DNA of 63,163 bases, filler included, from Octopus bimaculoides (taxonomy: Eukaryota), in the NCBI RefSeq assembly GCF_001194135.2. It is 5 parts of 4 records of this genome, joined end to end, with 100 filler letters (N's around TTAATTAATTAA, not from the genome) between each part and the next. Parts side by side here need not be neighbours in the genome. Positions count along the whole stretch, not along the records: positions 31,451 to 56,482 come from NC_069004.1; positions 56,583 to 60,691 come from NC_068996.1; positions 60,792 to 63,163 come from NC_069004.1; 2 more parts are not named here. One strand, given 5' to 3'. The translations under genes and the position numbers were made by a program. Numbering within the stretch: position 1 is the stretch's first letter; every line of letters begins with the position of its first letter. Shown here in pieces: positions 51,381 through 63,163 of the stretch. The notes under the pieces were generated by a model, which saw only the letters and a list, made by a program, of their open reading frames with translations, was not told the DNA's origin and did not search any database.

Positions 51381-51716
51381 ATACTAACAATTCACGGAAG
51401 AGCTACCTGGAGATAACCACTTATAGATCGATAAAAGATTTATTGATTTTTCTTGTGAATATTTGTACTTTCCAGGCTCATATAGGAGACGAAAATAGGG
51501 TTTTTAGAGTTGTGAAATGTGAAAGGTGAAAGAAGAGTTTGTGGATCACTTAACAATGATTATGAAAACTTACTCGATGCTTGGACTAGCACGTTTTATG
51601 AACGCAGTTATGGAAATTATTCATAATCGATTTTATAAGCTCAATACTTGAATAGCGGTTATATCTATTGTCTTGCGTTCAGCATTATAAATATCTGTGT
51701 ATGTATCTTTACCTGT

Positions 51717-51767
<51 letters not shown>

Positions 51768-51780
51768 GCTATCTATCTAT

Positions 51781-51814
<34 letters not shown>

Positions 51815-51946
51815 NNNNNNNNNNNNNNNNNNNNNNNNNNNNNNNNNNNNNNNNNNNNNNNNNNNNNNNNNNNNNNNNNNNNNNNNNNNNNNNNNNNNNN
51901 NNNNNNNNNNNNNNNNNNNNNNNNNNNNNNNNNNNNNNNNNNNNNN

Positions 51947-51983
<37 letters not shown>

Positions 51984-52589
51984 GCCTACGTAACTATCAC
52001 TATATGTATACATACACACACACGCACACACACACATATATGCATATATGTTTGTATGTGCGAGTGTTTATGCATGTATATATTATGTGTGTGTGTGTAT
52101 GTGTGTATGTGTGCCTGCGTATATATGTATATACATGAACATGACGAATAATTAGTTAATACCTTGGGAAACTTGCAATATTAATAACAGCAATAAAATC
52201 AGATTTTATACTCGTTGTTCTGTGAGCTTTGCGTTGCTCCTCTTCAGCACGAGTTAAGTAATATGGCTTGTTGAATGTTAGCAACGCAAATACAGTTTTA
52301 TACGACCACACACACACACACATGCAAATACACACACATACACACACACACGCACACACACCACACAAAAATATATATTTCAAATTTATAGAAAAAAAAA
52401 AGACGAAGAGAAGTGTAGGAAAAACAAGCAAGTGTATTAGTTTGATGTTCGGGAAAATGAAAGAGTATTTTAGGTCTTAGGATTCGAGCCTATGCTCCTC
52501 CGCAGAAAGGAATAAGAGGAATGTATATATATGTATATATATATATATATAGTTGGAATTTACAAAAAATAAATAAACAAAACAAAAGA

Positions 52590-53610
52590 CGAAGATGGAC
52601 GTGTAAACAACAAAAAGATGTATTAGTTTAACGCTCGGGAAATGAGAAAGTGTTAGGGTAAATATGTGATCTATCTTATTGTAGATTTTACGCAAACGTG
52701 CCTCCTTCTTCGGTTGCTCGACGACTAATGTCTTTGTAAACAACTTATAGGGAAGATACATGAGGAATACGAGTTCTTAAACCTTCTTTGTCACTCTTCT
52801 TATGAATCGAGATGGTGATCGACTTTTTCCAAAGCAAGGATATTCTAACTCTCCCTCAGATAGCGACTGAAATGAAAAACAACGATTTTCCGCAGCTTTT
52901 CACCCGCGTGCCTTCACATCTCTATTGCTGAGCCATCTTTTCACGGAGCTTTACCTGCTTTCATCAGCTTAAGGACATTTTCAATTTCACTGACCTGGAT
53001 AGGTGGCACCACTTCCAATAGTTATGACAGTGGCGAGCTGGCAGAAACGTTAGCATGCTGGGCGAAATGCTTTGCGGTATTTCGTCTGCCGTTACGTTCT
53101 GAGTTCAAATTCCGCCGAGGTCGACTTTGCCTTTCATCCTTTCGGGGTCGATAAATTAAGTACCAGTTACGCACTGGGGTCGATGTAATCGACTTAATCC
53201 CTTTGTCTGACCTTATTTGCCCCCTCTATGTTTAGCTCCTCGTGGGCAATAAAGAAATAAATATTTAGGACAGTGAAGGATCGACCTTCACTGCTAATTT
53301 TAAAAGAAGTGTTTGGTGTAGAAGGCATTACATACTTCTTCCATCTCCCCTTTGCCCGTCCCAATGAGTAGATACTTGTTCTTCAACGCTGTCACCTCTG
53401 ACCTATAGTGAACTAGCTCTTCCCTGTATCCTATTCTCTTTTCATTCATCTGCAGTCTGCATCAGTTTCTTCCGTCCATAATTCTCCAAGTCATTTCCTA
53501 GAAGTTGTCTGATCGTTTTGCAGAGAAAGGAATTTTCGATGAAGAGGAATACGTGATCTTTAATGTTCCTCTTCATAGTTTCTCCGTTTTGCTAGCATTT
53601 TCCTCGTATG
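52590..53610 (-). mobile_element. Degenerate RTE-clade LINE RT fragment, split by a SINE
   Basis: EVVPPIQVSEIENVLKLMKAGKAP*KDG...WKKSITISIHKK...YKLFTK...DHIFTL with stops/frameshifts. Confidence 0.7.
53028..53265 (+). mobile_element. Family B SINE (young, CpG intact) nested in RTE fragment
   Basis: ggcgagctggcagaaacgttagc...ttccgccgaggtcgac. Confidence 0.9.
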
Positions 53611-53831
53611 TAGGTATATATGCAGGTATATGTATGAATATATATACGTAGGTATATATGTATACATACATATATTATATATATATATATATATATANNN
53701 NNNNNNNNNNNNNNNNNNNNNNNNNNNNNNNNNNNNNNNNNNNNNNNNNNNNNNNNNNNNNNNNNNNNNNNNNNNNNNNNNNNNNNNNNNNNNNNATATA
53801 TGTAAGTATATATGTATACACATATATACGT

Positions 53832-53879
<48 letters not shown>

Positions 53880-54146
53880 AAGGGCATTACTATAGAAGAA
53901 TGCCTCACGCTAAACTACCATAATAAACACATTTTTTTACAAAACGAGGAAGATGCAACTCTCAAAAACTGGCCTCTTAAAAACATATATATATGTAGAC
54001 GTGTGTATGTGTGTCTATGTGTGTATATATATATATATGTGTCTCTGTGTATAAATGTATGTGTGTATGTGTAGATTTATTAGATTGTCACCGGCGTTAT
54101 AATTTACAATAACAGCCGTACTGTTATCATTCTTCAGATTGTAAGT

Positions 54147-54186
<40 letters not shown>

Positions 54187-54499
54187 GTATGAACGTATAA
54201 ATACGTATATATATATATATATATGTGCGTGTGTGTATGTGGTCGTTCTTGTACATATATGTATATATATGCGTGTGTGTGTGTGTATAATGTGCTGGTG
54301 AGGCGTATTGTCTCTCTGTATTAGATATATGTGTGTATATCCACGCGTTTCTACACAATAAATTCCTTATTTTTTTTATGGCATTTAATATATAATTTCA
54401 AATTTTTTTTATTGCTATTTTATATCTTGTTATTGTTTAAAACATTTCAAAAAATTCAGAAATTGATTTTTTTTCAGATATTTCCCATTTTCTAAATTG

Positions 54500-55184
54500 T
54501 TTTTTAAGAGTACAACAACAATAATGACAATAACAGGCCCGCCCCAATTCTTACAGCCACCACCACCACCACTAACACCACCGCTACTATCATCACTACT
54601 CTCCACACGACCACCACCAACGAAACCACCACTGTTAACACCACCTCCACCACCACCAACAACAACAACAAACACCACCACTATAATTACCATCACCACA
54701 ACTACCACTACCACTGCCACCAATGCCAAACACCACCACTATAATTACAACCACCACAACTACCACCACTATACCACTACCACCGTGACACATTCCACAC
54801 TATCACCACTACTCCCACCATCAACACTTTCTCTACAACCCAACCACGACCACCACCATTACAACCGCCACTACCACTAATACTACTAACTCTACGATCA
54901 CTACTACAACACCGCCACCGGAGTGATGATGATGATGATGATGATGTTGATTGCGGTGGTGGAGGTGGTGATGACGACGACGATGACGATGGTGGTGATG
55001 GTGATGATGATGATGATGATGATGGTGCTGCTACTGCTACTCCTGATAATGGTGGTGGTGGTGGTGGTGTTGATGGTGATAATGACAGTGATAGTGTTAG
55101 TGGTAATGGTGCTGATGATAACGGTAAGGACGATTGTAACGGATGATGACCACGACAATGATGATGATGATGATGATGATGATG

Positions 55185-55220
<36 letters not shown>

Positions 55221-55342
55221 GCGATGACGATGACGATGATGGCGATGACGATGATGATGATGACGATGATGATGATGATGATGATGATGACGATGATGAT
55301 GATGATGATGATGATGATGGCGATGACGATGATGATGATGAC

Positions 55343-55385
<43 letters not shown>

Positions 55386-55690
55386 GCGATGACGATGACG
55401 ATGATGAAATTGACGATTGTGAGGATGACGACGACGACGATGACGACGACGACGATGACGACGACGATGATGATGATGATGATGATGATGATGACGATGA
55501 TGATGATCCTTCAGCTGCTGGTGGTGATTATAATGATGATGATGATGATGGCGAAAAATACGACGGAAACGACGACGTCGATGATGGCAATGATGGTTAT
55601 ATTCACAACAACAACAACAATAACAACAACAAAAACAAAAACAACAACAACGACGACGACGATGATGATGATGATAATGATGATGACGAG
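54500..55690. repeat. Compound trinucleotide low-complexity tract (CAC/AAC then GAT/GAC/GGT)
   Basis: direct reading; generates poly-D/M/H/T ORFs. Confidence 0.9.
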
Positions 55691-56582
55691 TATTCTGATG
55701 AGGGTGGAACATGATAGAAAATGGTAGAACCGTATAAAACTGCAAAAACAAAAAAAAAAAGAAGAAGGGGTTTGCGTGCCAAAGATATTTCGCCAAGAAA
55801 TTGAATAACCGAAAACTACGCCATTTCTTAATTTTGCCAAAAGAAAAGGAAACTACCACGTGACTTGCAATATTTTTCGCCAATTTTGCTTTTGATAATT
55901 CTAGCTTTCATCTCAGATAAAATTGATGCCGACCGAAAAAGAAATTTGCCTCAATTGTCCATTTCTTGCCCCTTCTTTCCCTCTTTATCTCTCAGCGTTT
56001 CTTCTTTGTCTCTCTTCCTCATCCCCGTCCTCATCCCTTTTTGCTATAACTCTCTTCTCAGTTTCACCCCTTCTTTCTCTCTCCCCTTCTCTCATTCTTT
56101 CTTTCTTCTTTTCTCAAATAAACATTTCCCGTTACTGGCCACTTTACGCTCTCAAATACTCTCTATGACTTTCACTTTCGTTTTTCAAATTCTTTCATTC
56201 TATTCTATTCTTTCTTTCAAATATATCTGTCCTTGATGTTCATTTTTTCTTTTTTCTTTTTTTTTTTTCCTTTTCATTTATTCGTTTATTCTTCCATTCT
56301 TTCATTCTTTGTTCGTTTCTGTTTTTCTTTTCTTTCGCTTTCTCCTTTCCGAAATCTCACATTGTAACTCATGCGTACTCTGTTGTATCTCCCCCTCTCC
56401 CCCTCTATTTCTGTAAAAACACTCTTTCCACCCACACACCCACACATGTGCATATACGTATACACAAATGCACAACCATATANNNNNNNNNNNNNNNNNN
56501 NNNNNNNNNNNNNNNNNNNNNNNNNNTTAATTAATTAANNNNNNNNNNNNNNNNNNNNNNNNNNNNNNNNNNNNNNNNNNNN

Positions 56583-56875
56583 TTCTACCTCAGATTTGCG
56601 TTTGGCCGTACGGCTTTTGAATGTTGTTTTCACTGTCCATTTTTTCCTGTCTTGGTTTGTGTTTGCCACCTTGGAATCCTCTGTGTAGTTGGTTGATCCA
56701 CTACTCAGGAAGAGACTATTCTAGAGTACGTCCTGTCTGGTCTTCGAAACGTCTAGATAGAATAGAGACAGCTGATGAAGGGATATTCCAAGGGGCTTTC
56801 CGTTTTCCTATGTGTTCGTTCCGTTGTCTGTAGTTTATTGTTCTAACGTCCTGTACCCTGATATGCATGTATATA
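56583..56875 (+). mobile_element. Possible Penelope-like remnant with degenerate hammerhead cores
   Basis: ggtcttcGAAACGTCtag (56739-56756) and gCTGATGAaggg (56771-56782) without complete stems. Confidence 0.35.
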
Positions 56876-57292
56876 CACATGTAGATGTAAGTATGTACAT
56901 ATATGTGTGTATACATGTATATATATTCTTTGTATTATTATATATATATATATATATGATTAATATAAACTATGAAAATATGGATTCAAATAATCATGCA
57001 GCTATCACAGTAAGTTCGCCATTCAGAATCGGCTATTAGTCTACGTAGTAATAATCAATCACAATGTAGTTTAATGTAATATGTCCATGTAACCAAGATT
57101 TCAAAAAATTCGAACTATGAATTCTTTCCTCGAGTAATAACGCATAAATTTAGGTGTGATAGATGAAGCTAGGTGTATTCTTCCATATTGACGTCTGTTG
57201 TCATATGGAAGTCATATGGAAGTCGTATGAAAAAATAATCTATTTTCGCCTCTCACACCTCCTGTCTGATATTATGTATGTAAACACACACA

Positions 57293-57369
<77 letters not shown>

Positions 57370-58075
57370 CACACACACACACGTTATACGCATACTTAAT
57401 GACGAACATATGAATGACATTTACTGCTATATCAATTGAGTTTCTTGAGCTTCTTGTACATTTCCATCTCAAATTAGTTACAGGAATGTTTTAAGATCAC
57501 TTTATGATGAAATTCAATCCGTGCAGTTAATTCATTCGATAAGATAACTAACTTGAAGTAATTTTCTTGTTAATTTATTTAAATACATCGGAAGTGAATC
57601 TTATGAACGATGACCAACTCGTGTTTCATACGGCTTTCAGTAATTTGATACTTCGAAAATACCGGTTTATATCGGGTGACACGAAATAGGAGAAAATTTA
57701 CCTTAAATGGTTCAATAATCAATATCGCTCGTTGGATCCTCGCATGGATTTATGAAGCACATACATATCAGCGTACATATCCAGAGAAAAAACAAAAAAA
57801 GAACTCAATACATTGTTACAGAGTGTTATGAAATATGTTAGGGAATAAAAATATGTGACCCTATGTGAGTGTTTCGTATTTGAATCAAGCTAAACTTGCT
57901 TACTCAAGTTTATGAAAAGCACGATCAGATTTTATCAATATAAATTATTGTCACTCTGCACGATCAGATTTTATCAGTATTGTCACTCGTATAATTAAGT
58001 ACTTTCTATTCGGTAGTTGCTACTTCTGCCACTACCAACAGATTTCTAGCATTATACATACATACATACATACAT

Positions 58076-58404
58076 GGTGGTGGTTGTCTACTCCTTAAAC
58101 AGAGTTTGACCACCTCCTGCACCTACACCTTAGCCCTTTCATGGCGTCTGATGTGGCTTTTTAAACCAGACAGTGTTTTGAAAAAACACCCACACAGATT
58201 GCACCTCTGATTTGCACTACCAATACCTGCAAGTAAGTTCTACTCATTGTGGATCCTAACATGTCTTTTAGGACCCCCATTGGATTTGCAAACCCTCTGG
58301 CACACACCACATTCAAACGTGTGCACAGACATATAATCAGAATAGCTGGATGAGGTTTGTTTTCCATGGGTTCGCAGGTGAGATTTGAGGCCAGCCAAGG
58401 ACAG
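58076..58404 (-). mobile_element. 3' fragment of RTE-like LINE with three C2H2-like motifs
   Basis: LAGLKSHLRTH / FECGVCQRVCKSNGGPKRHVRIH / CNLCGCFFKTLSGLKSHIRRH, one in-frame TAG; (CAC)n tail; flanked by (TACA)n. Confidence 0.6.
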
Positions 58405-58494
58405 ACATACATACATACATACATACATACATACATACATACACACATACATACATATATACATACATACATGAAAGCATTGTAAATGTATGTT

Positions 58495-58860
58495 TCCACA
58501 CAACCACAAGCGTGGCCGGGTGGTAAGAAGCTTAGTTTCCAGCCACAAGGTTCCGGGTTCAGTGTCACTGCGTGGTGCCCTGGGTAAGTGTCTTCTACAA
58601 TAGCCTTGGGCTGTCCAAAACCTTTTGAGTGGATTTGGTAGAGGAATATGAAAGAAGCACGCCGTACATATATGTATGTGTGTGTGTATTTACGTCCCGT
58701 AACTTAGTGCTTCGGCAAGAGAGTGATAGAATAAGTATTAGACTTACAAAAAATAAGTCCTATTGTCAATTACTTCGACTAAAAAAAAGAACAACTCTTA
58801 AGGCGGTGCTTCAGCATGGCCGCAATCAAATGACTGAAACAAGTATAAGAATAAAAGAAT
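58495..58860 (+). mobile_element. Family C SINE
   Basis: ggttccgggttcagtgtcactgcgtgg...gcatggccgcaatcaaatgactgaaacaag. Confidence 0.85.
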
Positions 58861-58862
58861 AT

Positions 58863-58903
<41 letters not shown>

Positions 58904-60312
58904 NNNNNNNNNNNNNNNNNNNNNNNNNNNNNNNNNNNNNNNNNNNNNNNNNNNNNNNNNNNNNNNNNNNNNNNNNNNNNNNNNNNNNNNNNNNNNNNNN
59001 NNNNNNNNNNNNNNNNNNNNNNNNNNNNNNNNNNNNNNNNNNNNNNNNNNNNNNNNNNNNNNNNNNNNNNNNNNNNNNNNNNNNNNNNNNNNNNNNNNNN
59101 NNNNNNNNNNNNNNNNNNNNNNNNNNNNNNNNNNNNNNNNNNNNNNNNNNNNNNNNNNNNNNNNNNNNNNNNNNNNNNNNNNNNNNNNNNNNNNNNNNNT
59201 ATATATATATATATATATATATATTTGATAATATATATATTCTTTCATTCCTTTATCCTTATACTTGTTTCAGTCATTTGATTGCGACCACGCATACAGA
59301 CATACATATACATATACAGATTGTAAATATATATATGTGCATACACTCACGCACTCATACACACACGCGCACACACACATGTAGTTATATGTATATGTGG
59401 AGTATACGCAGTATACGTAATTGAGGCAGTATTGAATTTAAATAGCAATCTACATATCATACTTAATGAATAAACCTCTCGATAGGCAAATTACTGCGGT
59501 ATTTGTCTTGAGACATGATGTGTTAAAAGCAAATATCAGAACCTAACACACACACACACACACGGTCATGCACATATACACATACACACATACAATTTAA
59601 TCCATCCCATTTTATCAAGAGGCATCTATCGCCCATGTCTTTTAAACTGATCAGCTTCTTTTGCATTGATGACGTCAGTTAATTGCTTTAGCAAAAATAC
59701 TCTCGCAGCAGTTTTGGGAATTCGAAACCTAATGTAAGATATACACGTTTCAATAAGCATAGTATTGTAGCTTACCTCCAGAAAGTAAACAAATTGGTTA
59801 TACCATACCACTTTTTTCTTTATCTCACTTAAGCATTGATATTGATCTGACAATTTCTTCCTCTTACCAATCCTTTATCAAAGAAAAATAGGCGTTTTCT
59901 TTTGAAAGACCAATTAATTACTTACAAGCATCTACAGTGTATACAAAATACAACTCAACTAAACTAGTGACTCTAATTTGCATGTCAGTGCGTACACTGG
60001 AACGCGAAATATTTGATTCATCGTGCCGGTTATGCGTAAAAAGCACCCGTGCATGTGTTACGTAAGAGCCACGCAGTACACCCTGTAATATAGTTGGTGT
60101 TAGGAAGGACATCTAGCCGTAGAAACCATATCAAATCACATATAAGATCCTGGTACAGCTCTCCAGCTTGCCAGGTCTGGTCAGACCGCCCATACCATGT
60201 CAACATGAAAAACGGATGTTTGTTAACGGTTCATAGAGTGGCCTGTCTTTCTGTCTACCTGTCTGCCTGTATGTCTGTCTGTCTCTCATCTGTCTGTTTG
60301 TCTGTCTATCTA

Positions 60313-60343
<31 letters not shown>

Positions 60344-60389
60344 ATCTATCTGCCTGTCTGTCTATCTGTCTGTCCATCCGCCTTTCTGC

Positions 60390-60507
<118 letters not shown>

Positions 60508-60691
60508 GCAGAGTAGACTTTAGTGCCTACCTGCATGGCCTGCCACGACTCTCAGCAAGAGAGGCGGAGTGTTGTGAAAGACCCATCACAGCCGCGGACG
60601 TACGGGATGCGATGGCAGGCTGTAAGGGAGACAAGTCGCCAGGCTTGGATGGTCTGCCCTACGAACTTTATTGTCATATGCCAGACTTGTT
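60508..60691 (+). mobile_element. 5'-truncated Tx1/L1-like ORF2 fragment (RT N-terminus), runs into assembly join
   Basis: RVDFSAYLHGLPRLSAREAECCERPITAADVRDAMAGCKGDKSPGLDGLPYELYCHMPDL. Confidence 0.85.
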
Positions 60692-60837
60692 NNNNNNNNN
60701 NNNNNNNNNNNNNNNNNNNNNNNNNNNNNNNNNNNTTAATTAATTAANNNNNNNNNNNNNNNNNNNNNNNNNNNNNNNNNNNNNNNNNNNNATATATATA
60801 TATAATATATATATATAATATATATATATATAATATA

Positions 60838-60940
60838 TCATCATCATCATCATCGTTTAACGTCCGCTTTCCATGCTAGCATGGGTTGGACGATTTGACT
60901 GAGGACTGGTGAAACCGGATGGCAACACCAGGCTCCAATA
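60838..60940 (-). mobile_element. 5'-truncated family A copy in AT repeat
   Basis: catcatcgtttaacgtccgctttccatgctagcatgggttgg. Confidence 0.85.
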
Positions 60941-61337
60941 TATATAATATATATATATATGGTCGTGACTTCTGGTACTTGACTGATGAAAGAAAGCCAA
61001 GAATGACCCGTCATTTTTCACCTGTCCTTCTAATTGTTGTTTCTCTTGTCCGCCTTTGTATGGTCTACCTGTCGGGACATTTTGATGCCCTTAATTGCGT
61101 TTTTCTCTCTCTCTCTCAGGTTAAAATTTATATCTTGCGTCCCTTGTTCGTGAATGAAGGAAATAAAGTAATCCCCGCCAGAGGGGTCAGTCATGCGGGT
61201 CAATTGTATATTTCTAGCGGACCCAGCAGACGAAATGGGTAAGGGGTTGCGCTGGATCACTTCTTTTCAAACCGATCGATTTCGCCCTCAACTGCTGTCA
61301 CCCTTCAACATTCACACTAAGAGCATTAAGATTTGCT

Positions 61338-61600
61338 ATTGGTTGCATGACCAAATGGTTAGGGTGTTACACTCACGGTTGCGAGATCGTGGTTTCAGTT
61401 CCTAGACCGGGTGGTGCGTTGTGTTCTTGAGCAAAACACTTCATCTCACACTGCTCTGCTATCACATTGACACTTGATACGTGGTACACTGTGCACCTGA
61501 TCAGGCAACATCGATTTGATGGAGCGAGTGAGCTAATGCACAGCAGATACATTCGGTCACTATAAACAAATTATTTGTGCAAGTCATTTGGGAAAAGCTG
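61338..61600 (+). mobile_element. tRNA-headed SINE, degraded
   Basis: ggttgcatgaccaaatggttaggg...ggtttcagttcctagacc...gtgttcttgagcaaaacacttcat. Confidence 0.6.
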
Positions 61601-62223
61601 AACACACATGCGTCGTGTCCGACGGGAAAAAGCATTGTTTGTGTCCCTATGTTTCCCAATGAACTCTGTGGAGTCTTCCTTGTTTTTCATTCTTTTCTGA
61701 ATCGTTTTCAAATTGTAAAGGTAATTGATGGAATCCCTGTATGCGTAATGTGTTTGCATGCACACAGACACAGTAAAACTTTTCTACGAATTCTAGAGTA
61801 AAAAAAAAGAGCAAAAACAGGATCAGGAGTCAGTGTGTGTGAGGGGGGAGGGTGCACAAGGGATATGATGGATTAAAGGTTAACTGTGCATTGATCTTCG
61901 TGGTGATGTCCTGATTCTGATGCTATAGAGATATCCGCTCGTCTGTAAACGTCTGTAAACTGTTGTTATGGATTTAATGACTAGATTAGATAATCATTAA
62001 ATAAAATAAAATAGAATTAAAAAAAAAAACGAACGAACAAACAAATAAGTCGATGGATCTCAATTGGTTTTGACATATTATCCAAGTTTTCCGATCATAA
62101 GAACAGAAGTGTATGTGTTTAATTGATCGAAATTTCGGACACATACGTACCCAATCAACTCCAATGCATACTCCAATGCTGTCTTAAGGCTTGTGCACAC
62201 TAGGGGGGGGGGCGTACGCACAG

Positions 62224-62775
62224 TTGCCTAGGAGCCTCACGGATCTCGGGGCCCATTTCCGTTCTAGTTATACTGTGACTTGTTAATGAATAAATATTAT
62301 TGGGGGCCTAACGCATGAATTTGTCCAAGACCTTCATGGATCAAGGGGCGCAATTATCATCTATGTATGCTGTCAGTGAATAAATAGTCTATGGGGTGGC
62401 AGTAGAGTGATTTGTTCCGGGTCCTCACAGGTCTAGGGGTTCACTTATGATCTATGCATGCCGTGGTTTGCTGTCAATGAGTAAATATCGTAAGAATACT
62501 AAAGGGCCGGCATAGTACATTGACTTGTTTAGGGACCCAATTCTGATCTGTAGATTTAGTGGCTTGCTCTCAGTAAATATAGGGCCGGTGCGGGGAATTA
62601 ATTTGCTCGGAGGCCTCACGAATCTAGGGGTCCACATGATCTATGTATGGCTTGCTGTCAACGAATAGATCCTATAGCGTCCAGTTCATTGATTTCTCCA
62701 AGAGCTTTGTGGATCTAGGGGCCCAGTTATGATCTATTTTGCCGCGGAGTGCTGTCAATAAATAGGGCCCTGATT
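62224..62775. repeat. Diverged tandem array, ~6 units of ~80-110 bp
   Basis: recurrent ttg...cctcac.gatctagggg.cca.ttatgatctatg...gctgtcaat(g)aataaata. Confidence 0.75.
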
Positions 62776-62837
62776 CCTGCAATGCTTCCTCGAGACGCCA
62801 GACTGGGTGATCGCAGTGGTGGACCCAATTTGGGCCG

Positions 62838-62984
62838 GAGGCAGGGGGATCTGAGGGGTACGTGCCCCTCCTCAAGAAAAGAAGTGCGCCTTTCTAAATA
62901 ATGTTATAACGCCCTTTTCTCCTGGAATTGTATTCCCTTCTGACCTTGTGCCCTCCTTTCGAAAAATTCCTTGGACCGTGCCTA
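62838..62984. mobile_element. Possible degraded MITE
   Basis: GC-rich imperfect termini gaggcagggggatctgagg / ccttggaccgtgccta. Confidence 0.35.
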
Positions 62985-63049
62985 GATCGAACTCAATATC
63001 TCACGATAGCGAGAACTGCTTGATTACACACACACACACACACACACAA

Positions 63050-63163
63050 GGTATCGCTTTGCAGCGTTTAGTCGAACACACCGACCTTGGTACTTATTCT
63101 ATTGCTGTCTTTTGTCGAACCGCTAAGTTACAGAAGCGTAAACACGCTAACATCTATTGTTAA
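63050..63163 (-). mobile_element. Family C SINE fragment
   Basis: tttagtcgaac...gtacttattctattgctgtcttttgtcgaaccgctaagtta. Confidence 0.75.

Noticed and set aside
52380-52680. ~80-bp near-duplicate pair
   Set aside because: Appears to be a local duplication of the RTE remnant edge; no separate significance.
62224-62775. CRISPR array
   Set aside because: Repeats are degenerate and variable in length, there are no cas genes, and the context is eukaryotic.

Overview
AT-rich, microsatellite- and gap-rich eukaryotic scaffold. The repeat families look like those of an Octopus draft assembly (inference from recall, not checked). The left ~23 kb holds the 5' part of a minus-strand multi-exon gene. 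Phase-compatible exons lie at 22738-22667, 19762-19639, 16695-16476, 14400-14331, 10130-9999, 4906-4841 and possibly 992-942. It encodes an N-terminal CHHPxC...CxxCDxxIH...GH zinc-binding motif resembling PLEKHG5-family RhoGEFs. The rest is mostly repeats: tRNA-headed SINEs, Tx1/L1, R4/Dong-like and RTE LINE fragments, mariner/hAT/Helitron remnants and Penelope-like pieces. Highlights: (1) three minimal type-I hammerhead ribozyme folds, one fused behind a tRNA-like Pol III head; (2) a 5'-truncated Tx1-like insertion with (TTAGGG)5 inside its 15-bp target-site duplication; (3) LINE fragments abutting specific microsatellites; (4) several long intronic fold-backs; (5) an apparent CpG step near the gene's 5' end. 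Four 100-nt N/TTAATTAATTAA spacers are assembly artefacts. All calls are by eye, with no database search.
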